Source of the DNA: Desulfatiglandales bacterium
GTDB taxonomy: Bacteria; Desulfobacterota; DSM-4660; Desulfatiglandales; Desulfatiglandaceae
DNA: 64,000 nt
NCBI GenBank assembly: GCA_963662465.1
Contig: OY759599.1
Coordinates: forward strand, 1,280,001 to 1,344,000
Reading direction: 5' to 3'
Shown piece by piece: positions 1 through 12,007 of this stretch. The translations under genes were made by a program, and so were the position numbers. How positions within the stretch are numbered: the stretch's first letter is position 1; each line of letters begins with the position of its first letter. The notes beneath the pieces are model-generated. The model saw only the letters and a program-made list of their open reading frames with translations, had not been told where the DNA came from and did no database searches.

Positions 1-6
1 CTCCTG

Positions 7-1566
7 TTGAATCGCATGGAACAGGAGATCCTCGGCGGGAAAACCCCTGAGAAATGCCGCGCCACCCTGGCGCGGGAGGACCTCTGGTCCCGTTTCGATC
101 CCTCCGACCAGGTTCGGTGGGCGCGTCTGGCCCAGATGGCCGGAGAAGTGGATCTGGCACTCACCATATTGGGGCACATTAACCATGTGGCGCCCTCCCA
201 TGTAAAGGCCTGGCAGGCCCGCCTGGAACTCCTGGCGCTGATGGACCGGCGAAGCGAATTGGCCAGAGTGGCGGCCGAGTCCGGTAAACACCTGGATGAA
301 ACCCAACAGCGACCCTGGTTGAACCTGAGTGGCGGGGCGGAAATCCATCGGAAGGATGCCGGCATGGATGGCGCCGCCGCTCCGTTTGTGGCGTTAAAGG
401 AGCGACAACACCATATCGATCGGTTTCTGGAGATCTTCTCCGGACGGGAAGATTGTTTTGCCCGGCAGTGGGCCGATAAAAAAGAGGGAAAGCAGGGGTA
501 TGTGCCGGTTCGCCGACCCATGGGCGCGGAGGATGTGGAGGATCATTTGAAAGGTCGCAAGACCTATGGCATCTACCTGTTGCGGCGGGATGCCACGGTC
601 AAGACGGCGGTCATGGATGTGGATGTCGCCCCAAAATTTCGGGAAGGGAAACTGAGCAAGGAGGATCGGGGAATCCTTCGGCGCGAAGGCGCCTATCTCA
701 TGAAGCGGATTCGGGACATGTCGGAAGCGGCGGGATGCGCTCCCCTGGTGGAGTTCAGCGGGGGCAAGGGGTTTCATTTCTGGTTCATTATGGATCGCCC
801 CATTCCGGCGGGGCAGGCAAAGCAATGGCTGGAGAGAATCCGGGAACCCCTTTACCGGGATCTGTCCGCCTTCAGCCTGGAAGTGTTTCCCAAGCAGGGG
901 GAGCTGACGGGTAAAGGGATGGGGAACCTGGTGAAACTCCCCTTGGGGGTGCATCGCGTCACGGGGAAGCGGTCATACTTTTATGATTGCCTGGACCACG
1001 GTACGGAAGCTCAGTTGAAATTCCTGTCGAAGGTAAAACCGGGCGATGCGGACAAAATGGCCTTTGCAACGGTTTCAGGCAAAAGGGAGAATGTGCTGAT
1101 ACATCCCCGGCTCAAAAAATGGGCTGGGGATTTCCCTGAACTGCAACTGCTGGAAACCCGTTGTCCGCCCCTGGGGCAGATCATGGCCGGATGCCGGCAG
1201 GGCAGGGCCTATAGTGAACGGGAGGAGAAGATTCTCTTTCAAACCATCGGATTTCTTCCCAGGGGGAAAACCCTGTTGCATCATTTGATGGGGCCCATAA
1301 CCGACTACAACCCACACCTGGTGGACTTCAAGTTGAGTCGGTTGCGGGGGACGCCCCTGGGATGCAAACGGATCCATTCCCTCCTGAATTTTACGGGGGA
1401 TATGTGCGTATTTGAAGAAAACGGGGACACCTATGATCATCCCCTGCGACATGTGAAGGGCTGGAAAAATGGAGGCGAACCAAAATGCGAAAAGGTGGAA
1501 AACCTGCAGGATGCTCTGGAGAACCTCAATCATGCCATGGTGCAGGTGAAACGGTTTTTGTCTTAA
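7..1566 (+). CDS. CRISPR-associated primase-polymerase (CAPP; TPR-like N-terminus, AEP primase domain, Cys-containing C-terminal domain); true start may lie outside the window
   Basis: AEP motifs MDVD, SGGKGFHFW and EVFPKQ...GNLVKLPLGVH; helical TPR-like N-terminus; lies directly upstream of cas6-cas10. Confidence 0.85.
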   Translation: MNRMEQEILGGKTPEKCRATLAREDLWSRFDPSDQVRWARLAQMAGEVDLALTILGHINHVAPSHVKAWQARLELLALMDRRSELARVAAESGKHLDETQQRPWLNLSGGAEIHRKDAGMDGAAAPFVALKERQHHIDRFLEIFSGREDCFARQWADKKEGKQGYVPVRRPMGAEDVEDHLKGRKTYGIYLLRRDATVKTAVMDVDVAPKFREGKLSKEDRGILRREGAYLMKRIRDMSEAAGCAPLVEFSGGKGFHFWFIMDRPIPAGQAKQWLERIREPLYRDLSAFSLEVFPKQGELTGKGMGNLVKLPLGVHRVTGKRSYFYDCLDHGTEAQLKFLSKVKPGDADKMAFATVSGKRENVLIHPRLKKWAGDFPELQLLETRCPPLGQIMAGCRQGRAYSEREEKILFQTIGFLPRGKTLLHHLMGPITDYNPHLVDFKLSRLRGTPLGCKRIHSLLNFTGDMCVFEENGDTYDHPLRHVKGWKNGGEPKCEKVENLQDALENLNHAMVQVKRFLS

Positions 1567-1986
1567 CCTTTTTTTTGCGATCGGGCGGTGCATCTTTTGG
1601 TCAATCATTGCCCCCGCGGGCAGACTATCAGCGGCTTTTGGCGGACCGGTCGCCTGTCTGACGGTGCGAATAGTGATTGCGAAAGGATGCATATTTCTTG
1701 GGAAATGGCGTTTATTGTGAAATTGAGAAATGTTATTTCAATGAGTTATGTCGTATTTACGATTTTGATGACCTTTTTTGGACTAGTTGCGTCATCGCTA
1801 TTATGTCCAAAATCAAAATTACCATCGTTGACTTACCCATTCAGATGTGCTTATGGTCCGTCAACACAGATTAAATATTGGGCCGGTTTCAAAATAGTAT
1901 CATTATTTTTTTGAAAAAATATGGTTTTGTGCCGTATCAGGGAACAAGGATATATTACGGTCGTCTGATTTTGATGGAGGAAGGTC

Positions 1987-2931
1987 ATGCTGTACGGAAA
2001 ATACGGTTTCATCTGTCATTTGGAAACCGATGCCGTCCTGCCTTGTTATAAAGGCAGCACTTTTCGCGGCGTATTCGGCCATGCCCTCAAACGGGTGGTC
2101 TGCGCCCTCAAACAGGTGGAATGCAATGCCTGCGTCTTGAAGCAGCGGTGCGTGTACGCCAGGGTATTTGAAACGCCCATTGCCATGACCATGCCCGAAG
2201 GGTCTCGCATATCGGCGCCGCCGCACCCTTTTGTGATCGAGCCACCCCTGACCGACCTGCAAGATTACCGGGCTGGGGATCGGATTGATTGCGGTCTGCT
2301 TCTTTTCGGTGAAACCAACCAAAGTCTTCCCTATTTTGTCTATGCCTTTGAGCAGATGGGGAAGATCGGCATCGGCAAACACTTGAATGGAAAACGGGGC
2401 CGCTTTTCCCTGGAATCGGTTACGGCGGGGGACCGGGAGATTTATTCCTGTCGGGACCGGACCTTCCTGCAAAATGTGCCCACCCGGTCCTTGAATCTTG
2501 GGGAGCCTGTGTCCAAAACCAACGGCAACGGCTGCGCCCGGATCTCCGTTTCCCTGGAGACGCCGCTTCGGCTCAAATTCAAGAGTGAAATTCGGGCCAC
2601 GCTCCCCTTTCATGTGCTGGTCCGGGCCATGCTGAGGCGCATCTCGTCCCTCTATAACGTGTGGGACGGCGGGGAACCGGAACTGGACTACAAGGGGCTC
2701 ATTGAGCGGGCGGAACAGGTGCGCATCCGGCATAACGGCCTCAGATGGTTTGACTGGCGAAGGTACTCCAATCGGCAGGAGCGGAAGATGTTCATGGGGG
2801 GCCTGGTGGGGAACGTGACCTATGAGGGCGACCTGGGGGAGTTTTTACCGCTCATTGATTTTGCTGAAAAGGTTCACCTGGGGAAGAATACGAGTTTTGG
2901 GTTGGGGAAGATGCAGGTTAAGGCCGTCTGA
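1987..2931 (+). CDS. cas6: CRISPR pre-crRNA processing endoribonuclease Cas6
   Basis: N-terminal GSTFRGVFGHALK and C-terminal G-rich loop HLGKNTSFGLG; GGAGG RBS upstream. Confidence 0.92.
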   Translation: MLYGKYGFICHLETDAVLPCYKGSTFRGVFGHALKRVVCALKQVECNACVLKQRCVYARVFETPIAMTMPEGSRISAPPHPFVIEPPLTDLQDYRAGDRIDCGLLLFGETNQSLPYFVYAFEQMGKIGIGKHLNGKRGRFSLESVTAGDREIYSCRDRTFLQNVPTRSLNLGEPVSKTNGNGCARISVSLETPLRLKFKSEIRATLPFHVLVRAMLRRISSLYNVWDGGEPELDYKGLIERAEQVRIRHNGLRWFDWRRYSNRQERKMFMGGLVGNVTYEGDLGEFLPLIDFAEKVHLGKNTSFGLGKMQVKAV

Positions 2932-2975
2932 TGTGGGTTAAAACCGGAAGAAATTTGGAAAAAGGGAGTTCACAA

Positions 2976-5564
2976 ATGGATGAAACGGATTTAAAGGTAG
3001 CCATGGCGGGCTTTTTTCACGATATAGGCAAGCTTGCTGATAAGGATACACTGGGTGTAACGGAAAAATACTTTAATGATAATGCGGGACTTTATCTCCC
3101 GTTTCGGGACGGCCGCCACACCCACCACCATGCGCTCTATTCCGCCGCATTCATCGAGCAGATGTCAGCGTTTTTGCCGCCCCAATTGAACCAACCGGAT
3201 TGGGGCGACGGTGATGCCTTTATCAATCTGGCGGCGGGGCATCATAACGCCGAGACGCCCATGCAGCGAATTATTACCGTCGCCGATTGGCTGACCAGCG
3301 GAATGGACAGGGATGTCTTCGATGGGGCCGACAGCAAGAATATTGCGGTGCGGAACTACAAAAAGACCCGGTTGCTACCCCTGTTGGAACAGTTGAAAAA
3401 TCCCAATTTGGATGCTCGTGAGAAATTTTCCCACGAGTATCCACTGCGTCCCCTTTCCCCTGAAAGCATATTTCCCGTAAAGAGAAAAAACGGGGGGGAG
3501 GTCGATGGAAAAGGAGAATACCGCACCCTTTTTGAGGGTTTTACGAAGGATCTTGCTTTGTTGCGTCACAGGGAAGAGAATGTGGGGCTCTGGTTTGAAC
3601 ATTTTGAAAGTCTCCTGATGGTCTACGCCTCTTCCATCCCTGCCGCCAGGGTGGGAAACGTGGTTCCGGACGTTTCCCTCTATGACCATTCCCGATTGAC
3701 CGCCGCCTTTGCGGCTGCGCTCTACGCTTACCATCGGGAAACGGATAGCCTTGAAATCGGTAGAATCGAAAACAAGAAGGATCAAAAATTTCTACTGGTC
3801 AACGGTAATTTTTTCGGAATACAGGATTTCATATTTACCGGTTATGGGGATTCGCGGAAATATCGATCCAAGCTTCTGCGGGGCAGATCGTTTTACGTTT
3901 CCCTTTTGACTGAAATCGCGGCGGATTTGCTTGCTGAGGCTGTGGGCCTGCCTTCCATTTCCATTATTCTCAATGCCGCGGGTCGGTTCACCCTGCTCTC
4001 GCCCAACACCGAGACGGCCCGGGCAGCTCTGGATCGGACCCAAAGGGAAATGAATGACTGGCTGGTGAAAATTTCCATGGGGGAAGTCAGCATGGGATTT
4101 TCATCCGTGTCCGCCTGCTACAATGATTTCATAGGCGGGCGGTTCATGGATCTCTGGGAAGAGATGGGAAAAAGAGGGGAAACACCCAAATTCCAGAAGA
4201 TTGATCTTCAGCGTCATGGGGGCGTGATTGGGGACTATCTGGATCGGTTCGACAACCGCCTGCCACATGCCCTGTGTCCGCTTTGCGGCAAACGCCCCGC
4301 TGAAAAGGGTACGGAAAAAAGCCTGTCGGGAGAGGATGCACAACCCGTTTGCGGCATTTGTCGAGATCATGTGTTGCTTGGGTCCGGGCTGGTCAAGAAG
4401 CATCAAATTATTGTGGTCGCGGCGGATTCTGTTTCCCATGAAAAAAGAGACGTCTTGCAGGTGCCCCTGTTCGGCAAACGCCGGATTCTGTTTCCACCCG
4501 ACGATGAGCGGAACATGCCTTCGGGCGATCAGATCTTGAAACACTGGGATATTTCCCTGAGCGCAACGAACCTGGGGAATGGAAGGGTAACCCGGAAATA
4601 TGTGAACGGTTATGTGCCGATCTATGAGGAAAAAGATCTGCATGAGGTGAATTTTCTGCAAACGGAGAAATCAGAAAAGAAGAAGCTGGAGATGATCGAT
4701 GACGTTCAATTGGGCGCTGTCAAGAGTCTTCACCACATTGCCGCCGCCGCGTTGATGCTTGGGCCGGATGGCGGTAAAAAGGGCATTGACGCCCTTGGGA
4801 TCTTGAAAGCGGACGTGGATTTTCTGGGTATGCGCATGGGGTGCGGTCTTTCGAGAAACCGGTTTACCATTTCGAGGCTGGCCGCCTTGAGTCGGCAGTT
4901 CAATTATTACTTTGCCCTTTATCTTCCGCACCTTCTGGAAAAGGAGTTTAAGGACGTGTACACGGTGTTTGCCGGCGGGGACGACCTTTTCCTGATCGGT
5001 CCCTGGAACCGGATCTACCAGTTAGCCTTTCGGCTGGAAAAAACATTCGCCGCTTATGTATGCGGAAACCCGGAAATCCATTTTTCAGCGGGGATTACCC
5101 TTCAAAAGGCCCAGACTCCACTGAACACCTTGGCTGAAACGGCTGAGGCGGCCCTTGAAAAATCGAAATCCCGTGGAAGGCGCCGGCTCACCATGTTTAA
5201 TGAAACCGTGCGTTGGGAGGATACTGCTCCTTTGGAATCCATCCGGGAGGAGCTTGAAATGTGGCTTAGTGAGGGATGGGCGACAAAAAGCATGTTGTAT
5301 CGCCTGAACACCTTCATTGCCATGGCGGCCAAAGAAGAGCGGGTCAGCAAAAAGGGACAGGTGTCGATAGATGATATGGCGTGTCTCAAATGGCGGGCGT
5401 TGCTCTTTTATTCAGCGGGACGAAATATCGGCAGAAAGATCAAAAACCAAGGTGAGCGAAACCGGGTGAAGGAAGCGTTAATTGAAAAAATGGTGAGTTG
5501 GCTGGAATACTACAGGGGAACCCTGAGAATCCCCCTCTGGAACGTGCTTTATCATCACAGGTAG
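2976..5564 (+). CDS. cas10: Type III-A Cas10/Csm1 with HD nuclease and Palm/cyclase domains
   Basis: FFHDIGK HD motif; SLYDHSRLTAA; KLLRGRSFYV; CPLC...CGIC Zn finger; KADVD; intact FAGGDD; ATG at 2976 follows a GGGAG RBS (ORF track starts at 2931). Confidence 0.96.
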   Translation: MDETDLKVAMAGFFHDIGKLADKDTLGVTEKYFNDNAGLYLPFRDGRHTHHHALYSAAFIEQMSAFLPPQLNQPDWGDGDAFINLAAGHHNAETPMQRIITVADWLTSGMDRDVFDGADSKNIAVRNYKKTRLLPLLEQLKNPNLDAREKFSHEYPLRPLSPESIFPVKRKNGGEVDGKGEYRTLFEGFTKDLALLRHREENVGLWFEHFESLLMVYASSIPAARVGNVVPDVSLYDHSRLTAAFAAALYAYHRETDSLEIGRIENKKDQKFLLVNGNFFGIQDFIFTGYGDSRKYRSKLLRGRSFYVSLLTEIAADLLAEAVGLPSISIILNAAGRFTLLSPNTETARAALDRTQREMNDWLVKISMGEVSMGFSSVSACYNDFIGGRFMDLWEEMGKRGETPKFQKIDLQRHGGVIGDYLDRFDNRLPHALCPLCGKRPAEKGTEKSLSGEDAQPVCGICRDHVLLGSGLVKKHQIIVVAADSVSHEKRDVLQVPLFGKRRILFPPDDERNMPSGDQILKHWDISLSATNLGNGRVTRKYVNGYVPIYEEKDLHEVNFLQTEKSEKKKLEMIDDVQLGAVKSLHHIAAAALMLGPDGGKKGIDALGILKADVDFLGMRMGCGLSRNRFTISRLAALSRQFNYYFALYLPHLLEKEFKDVYTVFAGGDDLFLIGPWNRIYQLAFRLEKTFAAYVCGNPEIHFSAGITLQKAQTPLNTLAETAEAALEKSKSRGRRRLTMFNETVRWEDTAPLESIREELEMWLSEGWATKSMLYRLNTFIAMAAKEERVSKKGQVSIDDMACLKWRALLFYSAGRNIGRKIKNQGERNRVKEALIEKMVSWLEYYRGTLRIPLWNVLYHHR

Positions 5565-5577
5565 GAGAGGAGAGTGC

Positions 5578-5979
5578 ATGGAAAAGATCATTTTATGGAA
5601 AGACCGGGAAAAGAAACTGGTTGAGCCTTCGCTGTTTTCAAAAGTTGCGGAGAACCTGGCCAAAACCATCCGCGACGATACACAGCAGGTGCGCAATTCC
5701 AACAAACGGACCCAGCTCAGGAAGTTTTATGATGAAGTGGTACGGCTCACGGCCCTTTCAAAAAGCAGGCCGGATGACTGGAATAATATCTTACCCATGG
5801 TGCATATGCTCACGGCTAAGGCGGCCTATGCCGATGGCAGAAAGTTGATTTCATCCAATTTCAGAGAATTTATCAGTGGCTCCGTTGATCAGATCCATAC
5901 GCCGGAGGACCTGAATCTGTTTTCCAATTTCTTTGAAGCGTTTATGGGTTTCTACAGACTTTATGGTCCCAGCAATTAG
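5578..5979 (+). CDS. csm2: Type III-A small subunit Csm2
   Basis: TQLRKFYDEV, KAAYADGR and FFEAFMGFYR motifs; position after cas10. Confidence 0.92.
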   Translation: MEKIILWKDREKKLVEPSLFSKVAENLAKTIRDDTQQVRNSNKRTQLRKFYDEVVRLTALSKSRPDDWNNILPMVHMLTAKAAYADGRKLISSNFREFISGSVDQIHTPEDLNLFSNFFEAFMGFYRLYGPSN

Positions 5980-5994
5980 AAAAGGAGGCGCAAA

Positions 5995-6690
5995 ATGAAA
6001 CTTCAGAATATGAAAGAGATCACGGGAACCATCACCCTTAAAAGTGGTCTGCACATCGGCGCGGGCGATATGGAAATGAAGATCGGTGGAACGGACAACC
6101 CTGTTGTCAAGCACCCCCATACCCAGGAACCGTTCATCCCGGGTTCCTCCATCAAAGGCAAGGTCCGGTCCCTGCTGGAACTGAGAAGCGGGTTGATGGG
6201 CCGGAGCAAAGGCAGTCCTCTTTCATCTTCGCACCTCAAGGGGTGCGGCAAAGAAGAGATGGAAACTGGTCAAAAGATTCTCAAACTTTTCGGCACCAGC
6301 GGAGCGGATGACGAAGATAGTGTACAATTGGGCCCCACAAGGGTGGCGTTTGCGGATGCCTTTCTCAATGGGCAATGGAAAAAGGAAGCGGAAGAGAACC
6401 ATCTATCTCTGTTTGAGGTAAAGTCCGAAAATTCTATTGACCGCATCAAAGGAACGGCGAAAGATCCGCGGTTTATAGAACGGGTGACCGCCGGGTGCCG
6501 GTTTGATTTTTGCATCGGGCTGAAAGCTTTTGAAGGGGATGAGGAGTTGGAAGATTTTCTGTTGGAAGGATTACGGTTGCTTCAGATGGATTCTCTCGGC
6601 GGAAGCGGTAGTCGGGGTTACGGAAAGGTCGAATTCCATTTTGACGATACGGCATTGCAGGAACGGTTCGAACAGATTATGCCATTATAG
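5995..6690 (+). CDS. csm3: Type III-A RAMP Csm3 (Cas7 group RNase)
   Basis: GLHIG, GGTDNPV (catalytic Asp present), PFIPGSSIKGKVRSLLE and LGGSGSRGYG. Confidence 0.95.
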   Translation: MKLQNMKEITGTITLKSGLHIGAGDMEMKIGGTDNPVVKHPHTQEPFIPGSSIKGKVRSLLELRSGLMGRSKGSPLSSSHLKGCGKEEMETGQKILKLFGTSGADDEDSVQLGPTRVAFADAFLNGQWKKEAEENHLSLFEVKSENSIDRIKGTAKDPRFIERVTAGCRFDFCIGLKAFEGDEELEDFLLEGLRLLQMDSLGGSGSRGYGKVEFHFDDTALQERFEQIMPL

Positions 6691-6702
6691 AAGGGGGCTG
6701 CT

Positions 6703-7725
6703 TTGAAATTCTACGAGATAACCATCCGGCCCCTGTCGGCTTTCGGCACCAGTTTGAAAGGGGATACCCTGTTCGGACATTTCTGCTGGCAGGCGGCCTA
6801 CGATCCTTCACTGATTGAAGGCGGTTTGGAAAAGGCCCTGGCCCAATACCCCAAAAAGCCCTTCGCGGTTTTTTCAACGGCCTGGCCAAAATTTGAGGGG
6901 GACGACAGTCGGTACGTTTTCAAGCGGCCCGACGTTCCTTTGTCATGGCTTTTCTTAGCGAACGGGGAAGACCGGGAGAAGCGCTATAAGGATATCAAAG
7001 AGAACAAAAAGCGTCATTGGATGATCCTAGGCAAAGATCTCCAAATCGATCTGACAAAAGCGCATCTTATAAGCGACGAGGATTTGGCCCGGGAAGCCAT
7101 GGCCCTGGCCACGCCCGAAACCCGGAAGCTCATGGAAGATGTCGGGGATTCGAATTTTTCCAGAGCATTTCTTCAACCCCATAATACCATCAACCGGTTT
7201 TCTGGAACCACGGGGGCCGGTGCCTTTGCGCCCTATGTCAAGACCAATGATTACTATTGCCCTGAAACGGAACTAGCGGTTTTTGTGCTGGTGGATGAAG
7301 ATTTGACCCGGATTGAGTCCATCCGGAAAGGCTTGGAAGCCATTGGCCGGTTCGGCTTTGGGCGGGATGCCTCAACGGGTCTCGGGCGGTTTGAGGTTTT
7401 GGATGCCCAGGAGGTTGAATGGCCCGTCGTTGATCATGCCAATGCGGCCTACACCCTGGCGCCCTGCGTACCGGAGGCTTACGACCAAGCCTATTTTACC
7501 CCCTTTATTCGCTACGGCAAGCATGGGGACCGGATGGCCACCAGTCGGAATCCTTTTAAGAACCCTGTGATCATGGCCGATGAAGGGGCCGTGTTTGTCC
7601 CGGTGAATGCGGCGTTCTTTAGCAAACCTTACATGGGCAGGGCCGTTACAGGGGTTTCAAAGGCCCAACCCGACGCTGTAACCCAGGGCTATACCCCATA
7701 CCTGCCGTTGAAATTGGAGTGTTGA
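6703..7725 (+). CDS. csm4: Type III-A RAMP Csm4 (Cas5 group)
   Basis: GDTLFG, HNTINR and GFGRDASTGLGRF loop; gene order csm3-csm4-csm5. Confidence 0.88.
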   Translation: MKFYEITIRPLSAFGTSLKGDTLFGHFCWQAAYDPSLIEGGLEKALAQYPKKPFAVFSTAWPKFEGDDSRYVFKRPDVPLSWLFLANGEDREKRYKDIKENKKRHWMILGKDLQIDLTKAHLISDEDLAREAMALATPETRKLMEDVGDSNFSRAFLQPHNTINRFSGTTGAGAFAPYVKTNDYYCPETELAVFVLVDEDLTRIESIRKGLEAIGRFGFGRDASTGLGRFEVLDAQEVEWPVVDHANAAYTLAPCVPEAYDQAYFTPFIRYGKHGDRMATSRNPFKNPVIMADEGAVFVPVNAAFFSKPYMGRAVTGVSKAQPDAVTQGYTPYLPLKLEC

Positions 7726-7726
7726 T

Positions 7727-9524
<1,798 letters not shown>

Positions 9525-9540
9525 AGAGGAAGAAGTTTCT

Positions 9541-11595
9541 ATGCCCAACATCCTCATCACCACCCTCGGTCAGACCTGGAAAATCATCCCTGAACTGCTG
9601 GGGTTCACCAACCCGGAGCAGGTAGATTTCTATGTGGACCATCCCAATAGAAACGCCATTCTGGAATCTCGCCGCAAGACTGACATCCACCCTGTGGATG
9701 AGTGCTGGTTGATCACCACCAAGGGAGAGATGACCGACAAGGCCCTGGCGGAAACGGCGCAATGGCACGGCACGCTTCCCAAAGACGCCCGTCCTGCGCT
9801 GCATATTCGAAAGACGGCGTATATCGAGGACCCGGGATCGGAGTACGAGTGTCGGTATATGGCCGAGTGTATTTTCCGGCTGGTGCTTCAATTGAGTGAA
9901 CGGACGGGGGACGGTCAGTTGCTGGTTTCACTTGCGGGCGGACGGAAAACCATGAGCGCGGATATGCAGAACGCGGCCATGTTTTTCGGGTGCCATGCCC
10001 TGCTTCATGTGATCCAGAGCGCACAGGGCATCACGCCCCTGGTCATCGGCAAATTCAACCGCAATCCCCTTCTGGACATGGGTGGCCATGACCGCCGGGC
10101 CGTTACGGCGGATCGATTCCCCCTTGTCGAAAATGGGCAACATGTTTCGGTGAACGGTTTTTCACTGACGGATAACATCTGGAATCTCCAGAAAACCGCC
10201 GGGTTTTTGTATTGCAATCACACCAATCGACTCATGCACCAGGAAAAGGCCTCCAATTTCCTGGCCCTCTACAATCTTGAACCCGCCATGATCGACCGCT
10301 TGAAAACACACCGTTTGGGAGTGGACCCCCGGAAGAAGGCCATGGAACTGGCATGGCTCCAAAAACTCCCCAAGGCCGAGCTCCACTGCCACCTGGGAGG
10401 CATTGCGGATGTCCGGGAGATGATTGAGATTGCCGCCGCCAACCGGGAGCGGGTGGATCGATACCGACCGCAACTTTCGGAAAAGCTCATACGCTGGAAA
10501 CAGCGGGCGGACGAGGGACTTATTAAGCCGGCCCATTTCAAAGCCCTTCGATCCGAAATTCCAGGAGTTCCCGAGCCCATTTCCATTGCCGCCTTCATCC
10601 TGCTGTTTGAAAATGATCCGGATCGGCTGGATGAAATGGTCTTCGGTCCGTACCGAAACCAGGGGGCTTTTTGCGGCATCGGTTTCAGGGACTACGAGAC
10701 CCTGGGGGATTTACAGGGCTCCGGCCTTCTTCAAAGCGAGGAAAGCCTCCGCGCCGCCTGTCGGATTCTGGTACGCAGCGCCAGGGAGCATCATGTGAAA
10801 CACCTGGAGGTGCGCTGCTCTCCGGTGAATTATAATCGGGGCGGTCTCGAACCCCGGAAGGTCGCCGGCATCATTAATGAGGAACTGACCGCTTCCCATG
10901 GGCTGAGCATTGCCCTGATTTTCACCGCCAGCCGTCATGGTCGGATGAGCAAGGTGTACGAACACATCGAGTTAGCACAGGGGTTAATGGGTGACAATGG
11001 GGCTGAATTTCCCCATCTCCAGGGATTTGACCTGGCAGGCGATGAAAAAGCGGGCCGTCCTGCGGAAATGCGGCGAGCCTTCATGCCCATGATGGAAAAA
11101 TGCGTGCATTTTACCATTCATGCGGGGGAAGGACAACAGGTGGAACGGATCTGGGAAGCGGTGTATCACCTGAGTGCCGAGCGGGTGGGACACGGCCTGA
11201 CCCTGGGGGACAACCCCCGGCTCATGGCGCGTTTCAGGGATCGTAAAATTGCCGTTGAAATGTGCCCTTCCAGCAATTTTCAGATCGTTGGGTTTCGGGA
11301 CAACTATCTGCCGGAAACAGGGGGACTGAAGCTTTATCCCCTGAAACACTATCTGGATGCGGGGCTTCGGGTGACGGTCAATACGGACAATCCCGGCATT
11401 TCCAGGACGGACTTTTCCCGGGAACTGCATCGGGCGGCCCGATTGACGCCGGAAGGATTGAGCCTGTGGGAGATCCTGTTGTTGATTCGAAACGGTTTCA
11501 GAGCGGCTTTTGTGGGAAGCGACATGCGTCAGGACCTGCTCAGAGGGGCTGAATCGGAAATCATCGAGCGAATTCAGGAGGGTCTTCCCCGATGA
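9541..11595 (+). CDS. cad1: CARF (NE0113/Csx14-like) domain fused to an adenosine deaminase domain; Cad1/CAAD-like type III effector
   Basis: N-terminal ILITTLG and SLAGGRKTMS CARF motifs; ADA motifs LPKAELHCHLGG, HLEVR, GFDLAG, TIHAGE, RVGHG, EMCPSSN and TVNTDNP; ATG 9541 follows GAGGA. Confidence 0.88.
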   Translation: MPNILITTLGQTWKIIPELLGFTNPEQVDFYVDHPNRNAILESRRKTDIHPVDECWLITTKGEMTDKALAETAQWHGTLPKDARPALHIRKTAYIEDPGSEYECRYMAECIFRLVLQLSERTGDGQLLVSLAGGRKTMSADMQNAAMFFGCHALLHVIQSAQGITPLVIGKFNRNPLLDMGGHDRRAVTADRFPLVENGQHVSVNGFSLTDNIWNLQKTAGFLYCNHTNRLMHQEKASNFLALYNLEPAMIDRLKTHRLGVDPRKKAMELAWLQKLPKAELHCHLGGIADVREMIEIAAANRERVDRYRPQLSEKLIRWKQRADEGLIKPAHFKALRSEIPGVPEPISIAAFILLFENDPDRLDEMVFGPYRNQGAFCGIGFRDYETLGDLQGSGLLQSEESLRAACRILVRSAREHHVKHLEVRCSPVNYNRGGLEPRKVAGIINEELTASHGLSIALIFTASRHGRMSKVYEHIELAQGLMGDNGAEFPHLQGFDLAGDEKAGRPAEMRRAFMPMMEKCVHFTIHAGEGQQVERIWEAVYHLSAERVGHGLTLGDNPRLMARFRDRKIAVEMCPSSNFQIVGFRDNYLPETGGLKLYPLKHYLDAGLRVTVNTDNPGISRTDFSRELHRAARLTPEGLSLWEILLLIRNGFRAAFVGSDMRQDLLRGAESEIIERIQEGLPR

Positions 11596-12005
11596 CGGTC
11601 GATAAAAACATCGTGACCCCTTGTTTGTTTCTGCTGTTCAATCATAACATCACCCCGTTGCAGGAAGAAGATGCCTACGTCTCTCTCGGGGTGGGGAGGA
11701 TTGAGGAACTTCCGGAAGACCTCCGGCAATTGTGGCGCCGCATCCCTCCGGATCTGGATCGGATTGAAAGTGTGCTTACGCCCATAATGGAGTGGTTTAG
11801 CGCCCATGCGAAAAAAGGGGATTTCATTTTGATCCAGGGGGATTTCGGCGCGTGTTATCTCATGGTGCGGTTTGCCTTTGAAAAGGCGTATGTGCCGGTG
11901 TACTCCACTACAGAGCGGGAAGCGGTTGAAACCCATGGGAGGGATGGGTCCGTGACGTTGACCCATCGGTTCCAACACCGGATTTTCAGGCGATATGGAG
12001 GATAG
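11592..12005 (+). CDS. csx20: CRISPR-associated protein Csx20 (candidate cOA ring nuclease)
   Basis: LFNH.IT..Q..DA, LW..IPP, GDFILIQGDFGA, VYSTT.R and FQH.IFRRY pattern; ATGA overlap with the deaminase stop codon. Confidence 0.82.
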   Translation: MTVDKNIVTPCLFLLFNHNITPLQEEDAYVSLGVGRIEELPEDLRQLWRRIPPDLDRIESVLTPIMEWFSAHAKKGDFILIQGDFGACYLMVRFAFEKAYVPVYSTTEREAVETHGRDGSVTLTHRFQHRIFRRYGG

Positions 12006-12007
12006 CA

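Noticed and set aside
1567..1986. CRISPR array or leader between CAPP and cas6
   Set aside because: No repeated 25-40 bp unit seen; AT-rich promoter-like sequence only
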